A DNA stretch of 32,000 nucleotides, taken from positions 4,650,001 to 4,682,000 of the forward strand of contig NC_010628.1 of the NCBI RefSeq assembly GCF_000020025.1. The letters run 5' to 3'. Made by a program: the position numbers and the translations under genes. This document shows, one piece after another, positions 8,843 through 18,376 of this stretch. The stretch is from Nostoc punctiforme PCC 73102. GTDB taxonomy: Bacteria; Cyanobacteriota; Cyanobacteriia; Cyanobacteriales; Nostocaceae. Within the stretch, counting starts at the first letter, position 1. The number at the start of each line of letters is the position of its first letter. The notes under the pieces were generated by a model, which made no database searches, was not told where the DNA came from, and saw nothing but the letters and a program-made list of their open reading frames with translations.

Positions 8843-10288
8843 TCAGATTAGATCCTGTTGTAGCGTTTTCGGCTCTATCTGTTTAGTTTGAACTCCTATC
8901 TGTGCATTTGATTCATCTCCATTTTGAGAAACTTTTTCTGTGCCGCATTGTACCGGGGTTACTCCTGTACCTTGAGTCAGCCCGTGCTTAGTTGTGGTGT
9001 CGTAGGTATTGTTATCAGTATTAGCTTTAGTATAAGTATCGTTAAAAATTGTGTCAGATGCTGAGGTTGTTTTGCCAAGCAGCTTTTTGTGTAAATCTTT
9101 AAAAGCCTTCTCGTCAATACTAATGTGCCCATTTTCGTGCTGATCCAGAGCGCTATAAAATCTTGCCCATTCTGTTTTAACGGGTTCGCATTGTTTGTCA
9201 AGTTCAGTCCAGACGGGCATTGCCTTAGTTTCTGTGACTAAAACGTCTGCTTCATAGATAATTTCAGCAGACCGATCGTCAGCTTGGTAAGTTTTGACAC
9301 TTTTCTCTGGGGCACAAGTAACACTGCCCGCTTCGCCCTTTCCTTGTGATGTTAAGTTTGTAATTGCTTCAGTGATGTTTTTCCCAGAAGCGGTAATTGT
9401 AGTATTCTTGTGGTCAATTTTGGTTGTACCTGTTTTGGGCGGCATACCATTAGATGCCTGGTCAAGAGGGACTGGTGCTGTGGATGTATCGCTTTGTTTT
9501 TGCACCTTGCCTGTTTGCTGTACCACATGGGTTAACTCATGGGCTGTCAACTCGTTATTACCAGGTGATTTCCCTGCACCGAAGTAAACATCACTACCAT
9601 GAGTAAATGCCTGCGCTCCCAACGACTGACTCATCTGCATAGCATTAGAGTCAGTATGTACTCGCACATTGTTAAAGTTACTACCAAAGCGTGGTTCCAT
9701 AAACTCTTGCACTTCGGCAGATAACGGGCTTCCCCCACCCTTACTACTATTTAACTGACTCTCAATGTTATTCTCACTCTGGACGCTGCCATCAGTCGCC
9801 CGTTGTAGTGACAGCTTAGTTTGTAGTTCCTCTTCTTCTTCACAAGCTGCACATTTTCGTTGCATGATATCTTGTGAACCCATCTCACCCAAATTTATCT
9901 TTGGCTCAGGTCTAGTCATCCGCATAATTTGGTTAGCAACCCAGTCAGCTGACTGCTCATAATGGTCTCCTGGCTGGCTAACTGCAAGTTGTGGCTGTGG
10001 ACGACGCAAAGATATGCGACTAATGTCGTGAACAACAGGCTTTTCTTTGATAGCTTCTGGTTCTAATGATTGCTCGTTAGCAGGCTGGGCTTCTTGAAGG
10101 TCGCTTGCTACCTCAGTGACTGTTCCGAGTGGAGTATGATTTGTTGGTAAACCAAAACCGCGTGTCGGATTCGCCAATGTGGGAATAGTTGATGAGACAA
10201 GCGATAAATTTGTAAAATTTGACGTACCTGCGTTGTGTTGCCGAAAAGTGCGTAGACGCGAAGCGTCTTGTCTTATGACATCGCTCAT
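8843..10288 (-). CDS. DUF4157-type (eCIS-core-like) protein with a second, C-terminal HExxH domain (DUF922-like putative Zn-peptidase)
   Basis: Classic DUF4157 layout: HYEQSADWVANQIMRM, LQRK/CAACEEEEELQ linker, then FGSNFNNVRVHTDSNAMQMSQSLGAQAFTHGSDVYFGAGK...LTAHELTHVVQQ (aa 185-258, nt 9515-9736). A second HExxH is at DQHENGHISID (aa 382-392), preceded by MPVWTE...WARFYSAL. The N-terminus is hydrophilic with no signal peptide visible. Confidence 0.8.
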   Translation of the reverse strand: MSDVIRQDASRLRTFRQHNAGTSNFTNLSLVSSTIPTLANPTRGFGLPTNHTPLGTVTEVASDLQEAQPANEQSLEPEAIKEKPVVHDISRISLRRPQPQLAVSQPGDHYEQSADWVANQIMRMTRPEPKINLGEMGSQDIMQRKCAACEEEEELQTKLSLQRATDGSVQSENNIESQLNSSKGGGSPLSAEVQEFMEPRFGSNFNNVRVHTDSNAMQMSQSLGAQAFTHGSDVYFGAGKSPGNNELTAHELTHVVQQTGKVQKQSDTSTAPVPLDQASNGMPPKTGTTKIDHKNTTITASGKNITEAITNLTSQGKGEAGSVTCAPEKSVKTYQADDRSAEIIYEADVLVTETKAMPVWTELDKQCEPVKTEWARFYSALDQHENGHISIDEKAFKDLHKKLLGKTTSASDTIFNDTYTKANTDNNTYDTTTKHGLTQGTGVTPVQCGTEKVSQNGDESNAQIGVQTKQIEPKTLQQDLI

Positions 10289-10537
10289 CTCTCACTTCCT
10301 ACATCAATTTAGCAAACCCTTTGTCTCTGGTATTTAGCTATTTTTTATCGAATTTTATAATTATATCCACATAATATTGATATAGACTAAAGTCTAATTT
10401 TGAAATCCAACATTTAGCCACCCAAGTTCCTTTATACAATACTTCGGACAAAATTAAGTGGCGATAACGCCGTAAAATCGTAGGTTTTGATAGTTAGGAT
10501 GGGATTTAATTACAGTAGTGTAACCCATTACGAATTA

Positions 10538-11149
10538 TTAACGTCCTAGTCTCAAACCTCTTTCCATAAGCATCTGAGGTTCGATATTCTCAACTTTAGG
10601 TATCGCTTCTAGCTGAGGAATCTTTGCGATCGCATCTGCAATATTACCTGATTGGGCACGCAACCAAGCAGCGTGAGGCGCATAGTCAAGGCTTTCTACT
10701 ACTTCGTAACCCGCTTGATTAATTGCCTCGTGCTGGGACTTTACATCAACGCCTTCAGCAAAGCGGATAAAAACTAGTCCAGTTGGTACTGCTAAAGAAC
10801 CATTGGGTTCTATTGTGTAAACTGGACTCAGTTTACCCTGCTCTGATTGATTGGGTTCGCCTGGAAAAACTGCGTAGGTGTAGCCCGCACTTCGACAAGG
10901 CTCAGTGACCATCGTAGACATCGCACCATCGTTAAGTTGTAAAATTGCTTCTGGTGCTACCGTCTTGGGTTGATTATTATAATGTATTGCATAGTACCCA
11001 GGCTTACGAGTGTAAGATAAAGCAGTGCTATCGCTACCAACCCGAATTTGTTCAGGATAATCAGAAAAATAGTCGTTTTGAAATTTCACTTCAGCAATCA
11101 GGGGTAAAGAGTACACCTGTAGAAAAGACTCAGCCGGAAAATAAAACAT
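10538..11149 (-). CDS. Stand-alone homologue of the N-terminal pro-region of the neighbouring S8 peptidase (possible inhibitor or chaperone)
   Basis: LAVPTGLVFIRFAEGVDVKSQHEAINQAGYEVVESLDYAPHAAWLRAQSGNIADAIAKIPQLEAIPKVENIEPQMLMERGLR aligns by eye with S8 aa ~100-185: QPIIYTENLFVKFDNEEESRVCQEILGRYSLTIKRRLEYARNAYFVNAPTNTGIAIFDIAERLLNEESVELCHPELVRESRQR. The track start at 11158 is TTG; ATG at 11149 is preferred. Confidence 0.65.
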   Translation of the reverse strand: MFYFPAESFLQVYSLPLIAEVKFQNDYFSDYPEQIRVGSDSTALSYTRKPGYYAIHYNNQPKTVAPEAILQLNDGAMSTMVTEPCRSAGYTYAVFPGEPNQSEQGKLSPVYTIEPNGSLAVPTGLVFIRFAEGVDVKSQHEAINQAGYEVVESLDYAPHAAWLRAQSGNIADAIAKIPQLEAIPKVENIEPQMLMERGLRLGR

Positions 11150-11498
11150 CTTTCTCAAGTTCTAATGATGTTATAGCGTTTTCAGTGGTACAGAATACAA
11201 ATCTTTTATCGGGATGCAAGCTATATATCCCTAGTGATAGTGAAGATTCGTAAAACAGCCTGACTTTGAATTCCTCTTTTCTGGAAAGGCGAATTGAAGG
11301 CTTGTATGAACTTTAGAGAGATTAAATTCTGTTGCAGCTGGATCTTTTTAATGTCGTAATACACATATAACACATGAAATAAAAACCATCCATAAACTAA
11401 ACATAAACGCACGCTGCGTATAGCAAGCTTTAAAAGTGGTGCATAATACGATTTCCCGATGCCCAATTTTCAAGACAAATATCCCAGGAGATTAAATT

Positions 11499-13487
11499 AT
11501 GGTTCAGGTTCGCTATGGTGGACAGAACGGTCAACAGTATGAACTTGCTATCAGTGACGAACACGTTGTAGTGCGTACCGAAAGCCGCAGTACTCTAATT
11601 GGTGCAAGACCGTTTGAAGTCGCACCTGTGTCACCCACAGCTCGTAGCATCCTCAATCAATTCGAGTTAACAACGCGGTTTCGGCAAGCGGGTGTAGAAA
11701 TTTTGCGTGCGAAAGTTCCGACTCAGGGTGTCGCTTTGCGCGATCGCGCCCGTGAAATTCTCAACCAAGAGTCTGAAGTCCAATTTGCCGGACGTGTCTT
11801 GATCGATCCAGCCTCCAGCCAACCGATAATTTACACCGAAAACCTCTTTGTTAAATTCGATAATGAAGAAGAATCAAGGGTCTGCCAAGAGATATTGGGA
11901 CGTTACAGCTTAACAATTAAACGCCGACTTGAATATGCGCGAAATGCTTATTTTGTCAATGCACCTACAAATACTGGTATAGCGATCTTTGACATCGCCG
12001 AGAGACTTCTGAATGAGGAATCAGTCGAACTGTGCCATCCTGAACTAGTGCGTGAATCACGCCAACGTCAGGTTTTTCCCCAGCAGTGGCACTTAAAGCA
12101 AACAACAATTAACGGTAAGGTAATTAACGCCCATGCCAACGTTGAAGCAGCTTGGAAGTTGAGCGATGGCACAGGAGCAATTATTGCAATAATCGATGAC
12201 GGTGTGGATCTCGATCATGAAGAATTTCGTTCCTCTGGAAAAATTGTTGCCCCGCGCGATGTCACACGTAAAAATGACAATCCCAGACCGGGAAACGACA
12301 ATAACCACGGGACAGCTTGTGCAGGAGTAGCTTGTGGCAACGGGAAATTTGGTGCATCTGGTGTAGCACCAGGCGCAAAACTGATGCCGATTCGTTTAGC
12401 TTCGTCGTTGGGATCACAGGATGAAGCAGATGCTTTTATTTGGGCGGCTCAAAATGGTGCTGATGTGATTTCTTGTAGTTGGGGTCCAGCAGATGGGACT
12501 TGGTTTGAGCCAAACGATCCTCTACACAAGCAAAAAGTACCTTTGCCTGACTCCACAAGATTGGCTATGGACTTTGCAATCAATAAAGGACGCAACGGCA
12601 AGGGATGCGTAATTTTATTCGCGGCTGGCAATGGTAACGAAAGTGTAGATAACGATGGCTACGCCAGCTACCAAAAGGTAATTGCGATCGCAGCTTGTAA
12701 CGACTTTGGCACAAGAAGCGCTTACAGTGACTTTGGTCAGGCGGTGTGGTGCGCCTTTCCCAGTAACAATGGTGATAGTTCTCAAACCCCTGGAATTTGG
12801 ACAACCGATCGAGTTGGTGTACTTGGCTATAATTCCGGTAATGTAAATCTGGGTGATGCTGGAGGTAACTACACGAACGAATTCGGCGGGACTTCTAGTG
12901 CTTGTCCTGGTGCGGCTGGTGTCACAGCATTGATTATTGCCAGAAACCCAAATCTGCGTTGGGACGAAGTACGAGACATTATTAAACGCTCTTGCGATCG
13001 CATCGATCAAGCTGGAGGTAAATATGATGCCAATGGTCGCAGCCCTTTCTACGGTTATGGTCGAATCAATGCTCTCAAAGCTGTAGAATTGGCCAAGCCG
13101 GCGCAAACATCGCCCATTAGCATATTCAAGGCAGTACAAGATATCCCAATTAACGACTTGCAAACATCAACATTGTCGTTGGCGATCGCTAATACCAGCC
13201 TCCTGAAATCCATCAAAGTGAATGTAGACATCGAGCATACTTATATTGGCGATCTTGTAGTTACTCTCCTTCCCCCAGTGCAAATAGGCATACTTCCCAT
13301 CATTCTGCACGATCGCCAAGGTGGAGCTACAGATAATATCAAAACAACCTATGACGAGGTAAACACCCCAAAACTTGCTGCCTTTAAAGGTAAAAGTCCC
13401 CAAGGAACCTGGACTCTGGAAGTTGCAGATAAAGCTAGCACAGATACAGGAAAGATTCGCAGCTTTACCATTGAAATCGGATTTTAA
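11499..13487 (+). CDS. S8 (subtilisin/kexin-like) serine peptidase with a C-terminal proprotein-convertase P-domain; no signal peptide
   Basis: Catalytic motifs: AIIDDGVDLDHEEF (Asp), NNHGTACAGVA (His), GGTSSACPGAAGVTALI (Ser). P-domain-like C-terminus: IEHTYIGDLVVTLLPP...GTWTLEVADKASTDTGKIRSFTIEIGF. AGGAG lies upstream of the ATG. The N-terminus MVQVRYGGQNGQQYE is hydrophilic. Confidence 0.9.
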   Translation: MVQVRYGGQNGQQYELAISDEHVVVRTESRSTLIGARPFEVAPVSPTARSILNQFELTTRFRQAGVEILRAKVPTQGVALRDRAREILNQESEVQFAGRVLIDPASSQPIIYTENLFVKFDNEEESRVCQEILGRYSLTIKRRLEYARNAYFVNAPTNTGIAIFDIAERLLNEESVELCHPELVRESRQRQVFPQQWHLKQTTINGKVINAHANVEAAWKLSDGTGAIIAIIDDGVDLDHEEFRSSGKIVAPRDVTRKNDNPRPGNDNNHGTACAGVACGNGKFGASGVAPGAKLMPIRLASSLGSQDEADAFIWAAQNGADVISCSWGPADGTWFEPNDPLHKQKVPLPDSTRLAMDFAINKGRNGKGCVILFAAGNGNESVDNDGYASYQKVIAIAACNDFGTRSAYSDFGQAVWCAFPSNNGDSSQTPGIWTTDRVGVLGYNSGNVNLGDAGGNYTNEFGGTSSACPGAAGVTALIIARNPNLRWDEVRDIIKRSCDRIDQAGGKYDANGRSPFYGYGRINALKAVELAKPAQTSPISIFKAVQDIPINDLQTSTLSLAIANTSLLKSIKVNVDIEHTYIGDLVVTLLPPVQIGILPIILHDRQGGATDNIKTTYDEVNTPKLAAFKGKSPQGTWTLEVADKASTDTGKIRSFTIEIGF

Positions 13488-13510
13488 GCCAACACGTTTG
13501 AGTTAGGGAG

Positions 13511-13580
13511 TGTGGGGATGAGGGAGCAGGGGAAGAAGAATTATTGATTAATGACCAATTCCCCATTCCTCATTCCCCCA
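13511..13580. terminator. Imperfect G-rich/C-rich hairpin between convergent genes (candidate bidirectional terminator, STRR-related sequence)
   Basis: tgtggggatgagggagcaggggaa (13511-13533) pairs imperfectly with ttccccattcctcattccccca (13559-13580). It lies between the S8 stop (13487) and the thiC stop (13587). Confidence 0.35.
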
Positions 13581-13586
13581 TGTCAA

Positions 13587-15060
<1,474 letters not shown>

Positions 15061-15387
15061 GATGTAGTGTATCACTTTCGTTATATCTAGGAGCAGGGGT
15101 ATTAACAATTTATGAGGAGAGGGTGGTGTTAAGCTGTTTTTTCTGAGTCTAATACTGCTTCATGGATTTCTTCTGGAGTCATTGAGGCGCGATAAGTCCT
15201 AGATGGAAGTTTTATCGTCAAACGATCTGCGTGGCAGGTTTGAAAGATTTACCATCTAAGGGATTATCGAGAAACTTTTATAAAAAATGTTCATTAATTC
15301 AAAAAAGGCGATCGCATCCTTTACACTCTTCAACTAAAAACTTTTAACCACAAGGTACTATGGAGCGATCGCTTTGACTTTGTACAA

Positions 15388-16593
15388 TTAAACAACAACA
15401 AAATTAGTTGCACTTAGTGACAATCCATTGCTGAGTTGCGCGAATTGTACCTGAGTAAATGTGCCACCGCTACCATCTTGGTCAAAGAACAGCGCACCTG
15501 TACCGTTGTCGTAGATAAATCGTTGAGCGTCCGTTGTGGCGGCTGAACCGATGGTAAACTCACTAGTCGAGAGTGCGCCTTTTGCTAAAGATCCGCCGAA
15601 ACCATCAGAGGATACCTGAATAACTTCAGCAATCGGGTCGAAGTCATAAAGACTATCAACACCTTCATTGTAATTATTGAAGGCAAATGTATCAGTGCCC
15701 TCTCCTCCACACAGACAATCATTGCCTTTCCCTCCAGCCAGGAAATCGTTGCCATCATTCCCGAAAAGAAAATCGTTACCATTACTGCCTAGAATAGTGT
15801 CAGTGTTAGCTGTACCAAAAATATCTAATTGTTGAATATTCTTATAGCTAACTTGATACGTCCCAGCCGTAATTGAACCTTGGTTAGTGGTTGTATCGAA
15901 AGTTGAGGTGATTCCCTCAGTAGTAAAACTGCCATAATCGATAGACAAATAGTCGTCGCCCGTACCTCCATCTACCGTTTGAGTTACTAAAACAGAGGGA
16001 GTAATAGAGGGGGCGCTCAAATGGAAGGAGTCGTTGTCACTCCCTCCTTTAAGGGTGTTATTGCCACTAGCACTATAAGCATAAAATTGATCGTTCCCCA
16101 AGCCACCGTCTAAAAGGTTATTTCCAGAAGAAGAAGAAATATCAAACACATCATCCCCAGTTCCTCCCTTAAGAGTGTTGTCGCCACTGGTGTTAGAAGC
16201 ATAAAGTCGATCGTTCTCAGAACCACCGTTTAAAAGGTTATTTCCAGAAGAATGATAAATGTATAGATAATCATTTCCTTCTCCTCCATTAAGGGTGTTG
16301 TTGCCAGTGGTATTGGAACCAGAAAATGAATCATTCTCAGAGCCACCGTCTAAAAGATTTCTTCCAGAAGAATTGTTAATATTAAAATAATCACTTCCAG
16401 ATCCCCCCTTAAGGCTGTTGTTGCCAGTGGTGTTAGAAGCATAAAGTTGATCGTTCCCCAAGCCACCGTCTAGGCTATTATCTCCTTCGCCACTATATAA
16501 GATGTAATTACCATCTCCTCCAGAGAGGCTATTGTTAGTAGTTTTACTTATCATAATGACATCATTAGCATCAGTACCCTTGATATTTGCCAT
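15388..16593 (-). CDS. Calcium-binding repeat protein (RTX / hemolysin-type beta-roll like) with an unusual 20-aa (40-aa double) repeat array
   Basis: Canonical nonapeptides sit near the C-terminus (GSNGNDFLFGNDGNDFLAGGKGNDCLCGGEGTDTFAF). The N-terminal two thirds is about nine G-G-x-G/E-N-D-x-F/L-x...SGNN-L units. C-terminal tail: FIYDNGTGALFFDQDGSGG...SATNFVVV. The DNA shows a 120-bp periodicity (units at 16081, 16201, 16321, 16441). Confidence 0.85.
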   Translation of the reverse strand: MANIKGTDANDVIMISKTTNNSLSGGDGNYILYSGEGDNSLDGGLGNDQLYASNTTGNNSLKGGSGSDYFNINNSSGRNLLDGGSENDSFSGSNTTGNNTLNGGEGNDYLYIYHSSGNNLLNGGSENDRLYASNTSGDNTLKGGTGDDVFDISSSSGNNLLDGGLGNDQFYAYSASGNNTLKGGSDNDSFHLSAPSITPSVLVTQTVDGGTGDDYLSIDYGSFTTEGITSTFDTTTNQGSITAGTYQVSYKNIQQLDIFGTANTDTILGSNGNDFLFGNDGNDFLAGGKGNDCLCGGEGTDTFAFNNYNEGVDSLYDFDPIAEVIQVSSDGFGGSLAKGALSTSEFTIGSAATTDAQRFIYDNGTGALFFDQDGSGGTFTQVQFAQLSNGLSLSATNFVVV

Positions 16594-16642
16594 AACTTCT
16601 ATTGACCTAAATTGATTTTTCAGAGACTTGCTGTTTTAATGC

Positions 16643-16686
16643 ACATAAACTATACCAAGAGTTGACACTTTCGGTATAGTTTATGT
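16643..16686. promoter_or_regulatory. Perfect 14-bp inverted repeat upstream of the RTX-like gene (operator or 5'-leader hairpin candidate)
   Basis: acataaactatacc (16643-16656) and ggtatagtttatgt (16673-16686) are exact reverse complements separated by 16 nt. The repeat lies 50-93 nt upstream of ATG 16593 on the minus strand. Confidence 0.4.
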
Positions 16687-17039
16687 CGCGATTGAGAAAC
16701 ACAAATTTTCCACTTGAAGCAACCCTTTGACAGGCTGGAAAGTACTATTTGGCTAACTTGCTGACACAATACAGTTGATTAATTTAATCACTATAGTGTT
16801 TGTTTTGTTGAGTGTCACTACTTGGAATGGCATTTTTTTACTGTCTATATCTAGTATAAAAATTTTATAAAAATTACGTATTTCTATCTTGAAAATCGAA
16901 ATAAATTACTGATGAGAAAGGATAAGAAAAGAGATTTCTATCGTGCGTTGTCTACCCAGATGAATCATAAATCTTGGCACAACCTACATTTTATTCTGAC
17001 ACAAGGTTGATGGGTGTCTCTTAAATAAGTCAAAATTAT

Positions 17040-17064
17040 GCCCTCAGACTGGAAGGTTGAGGGC
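17040..17064 (-). terminator. Candidate intrinsic terminator (minus strand)
   Basis: gccctca (17040-17046) pairs with tgagggc (17058-17064). On the minus strand the stem is followed by ATAATTTTGACTTATTT. It lies downstream of the phosphatase gene and the RTX fragment. Confidence 0.3.
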
Positions 17065-17153
17065 TACTTACAAAAGTGAAATATTTTAGTGTAAATTACT
17101 TAGATGAGCGATATATGCGTTGATTAGACCGAATTCGGATTTGATATTACAGA

Positions 17154-17312
17154 TTAGACAACAACAAAATTAGTTGCGCTTAGTAATAATCCACTGCTGA
17201 GTTGCACGAATTGTATCTGAGTAAAAGTACCACCGCTACCATTTTGGTCAAAGGACAGTCTACTAGTGATATTGTCGTAAAGCCCTACCTGAACTGATGG
17301 TAAATTATCAAT
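17154..17312 (-). pseudogene. Decayed 3' fragment of a paralogue of the RTX-like gene at 15388..16593
   Basis: Nucleotide similarity to 15388-15540, including the stop. The fragment translates as ...LYDNITSRLSFDQNGSGGTFTQIQFVQLSSGLLLSATNFVVV*, compared with the gene's FIYDNGTGALFFDQDGSGGTFTQVQFAQLSNGLSLSATNFVVV*. Upstream of ~17290 a ~20-nt deletion breaks the frame. It has no start codon and is absent from the ORF track. Confidence 0.8.
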
Positions 17313-17336
17313 ATCCTATTATTTACTACATCTGTT

Positions 17337-17816
17337 TCAGCAAGTAGGCACAGCTAATTTGGCGTGTTTGTTAACGTAGTCCACAAATAATTGCCTCAAT
17401 CGGGGACTAACGCCAGCGTGTTCAAAGAATCCAAAACCCAGATTCTTTGCTCTTGCTAAGGTTTCTTCTGGTGTTAATCCTTCTTGGATAGCAATACTTA
17501 AGAGTGCAATTCCAGTCGATCGCATCCCGGCTGCACAATGCACAACTGCTGGTTTAGGAATTTCTTCGAGTGTCGTGAGGATTTTGGTAATGGCCTCTTC
17601 ATTCAAGTTTTTTAAATCTACCTTGAGTGGAACATTCTTATAATGCAGCCCCAATGCTTCAGCTACTTTTTGCTCATCTTTGGAAAATCCTAGCTCATCA
17701 GGCGATCGCAAATTTAGAACGGACTTAAAACCTTCTTGGATAGCTTGCTCTAGCTGTTTTGGTATAACTTGTCCTGTTGTCGTTAAGTTTTCGTTAATCT
17801 GTATGGCGTTGATCAC
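17337..17816 (-). CDS. Cys-based phosphatase-fold protein (DUF442 / beta-lactamase-hydrolase-like PTP family)
   Basis: The CX5R(S/T) P-loop is VVHCAAGMRSTG. The N-terminus INAIQINENLTTTGQ is typical of DUF442-type proteins. The track start (17873) is TTG. GTG at 17816 is preceded by AAGGAG with ~5-nt spacing and is preferred, but the start is uncertain. Confidence 0.75.
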   Translation of the reverse strand: MINAIQINENLTTTGQVIPKQLEQAIQEGFKSVLNLRSPDELGFSKDEQKVAEALGLHYKNVPLKVDLKNLNEEAITKILTTLEEIPKPAVVHCAAGMRSTGIALLSIAIQEGLTPEETLARAKNLGFGFFEHAGVSPRLRQLFVDYVNKHAKLAVPTC

Positions 17817-18144
17817 ATTCACTCCTTTTGACTTTCTAATGGCTTCCAGCTTGGTAAATAGTCGAATCAGCAAGCTTTGAGAATTTATTCAAATAAGCAC
17901 CGCAAAGTTAGCTAAATATCAAAAGATATTGCTTGATTACTTCAAAATATGTCTTTTGAAGTTGGTTATTTTATTGCTTTATCCATAATATACGGTTTGT
18001 CGATAGATTTAGTGTTAATTAGAGCTTATTATGATTTTTGCTGATACTATTACCAGAGCTTATGTATTAGCCATCTGCGCTGGTTCTCTATTACTGACAG
18101 AGGTGTGACAGCAGGTATTGGTTTTGGGCTGGCGATTCGGGGAA

Positions 18145-18173
18145 GCGATGTCTACGACAGACTACAGATGCGA
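18145..18173. repeat. Nostoc-type dispersed short repeat, copy 1 (diverged)
   Basis: gcgatgtctacgacagactacagatgcga. It is related to copy 2, located 131 bp downstream. Confidence 0.6.
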
Positions 18174-18275
18174 GTCACACAGAAAATTAGACGACAAGTT
18201 GTCCAGCGAGTTGTGACTCAATTGGAAACTGCTAATATCAGTAAAGCAGTTGAAAATTTGGCTAGTTGATGGGTT

Positions 18276-18305
18276 GCGATGTCTACGACGGGCTACGCCT
18301 ACGCA
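18276..18305. repeat. Nostoc-type dispersed short repeat, copy 2
   Basis: gcgatgtctacgacgggctacgcctacgca. I recognise this sequence family as common in intergenic regions of heterocystous cyanobacteria. It is a direct repeat of 18145-18173. Confidence 0.6.
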
Positions 18306-18376
18306 ACTAAAATTTCTTTCTTATAACATGCCAAAAAGTCAAACAGACATATAATCTGAATGTCAGTTATGAACCT

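Noticed and set aside
8843-10288. Calling the DUF4157 protein a bona fide eCIS-delivered toxin
   Set aside because: No sheath, tube, baseplate or AAA+ eCIS genes occur in the window. The association rests only on general knowledge of the domain, so it is reported as a hypothesis to check.
11221-11466. An 81-aa minus-strand ORF in the divergent promoter region between the pro-region homologue and the S8 gene
   Set aside because: It has no RBS or recognisable motif and an odd composition, and it sits in an AT-rich spacer that most likely holds two promoters. It overlaps another spurious plus-strand ORF (10945-11253).
12615-13163. A 182-aa minus-strand ORF, plus several 60-78-aa ORFs, inside the S8 peptidase gene
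   Set aside because: They are antisense shadow ORFs of a gene with unambiguous catalytic motifs. Their sequences are low-complexity with no recognisable motifs.
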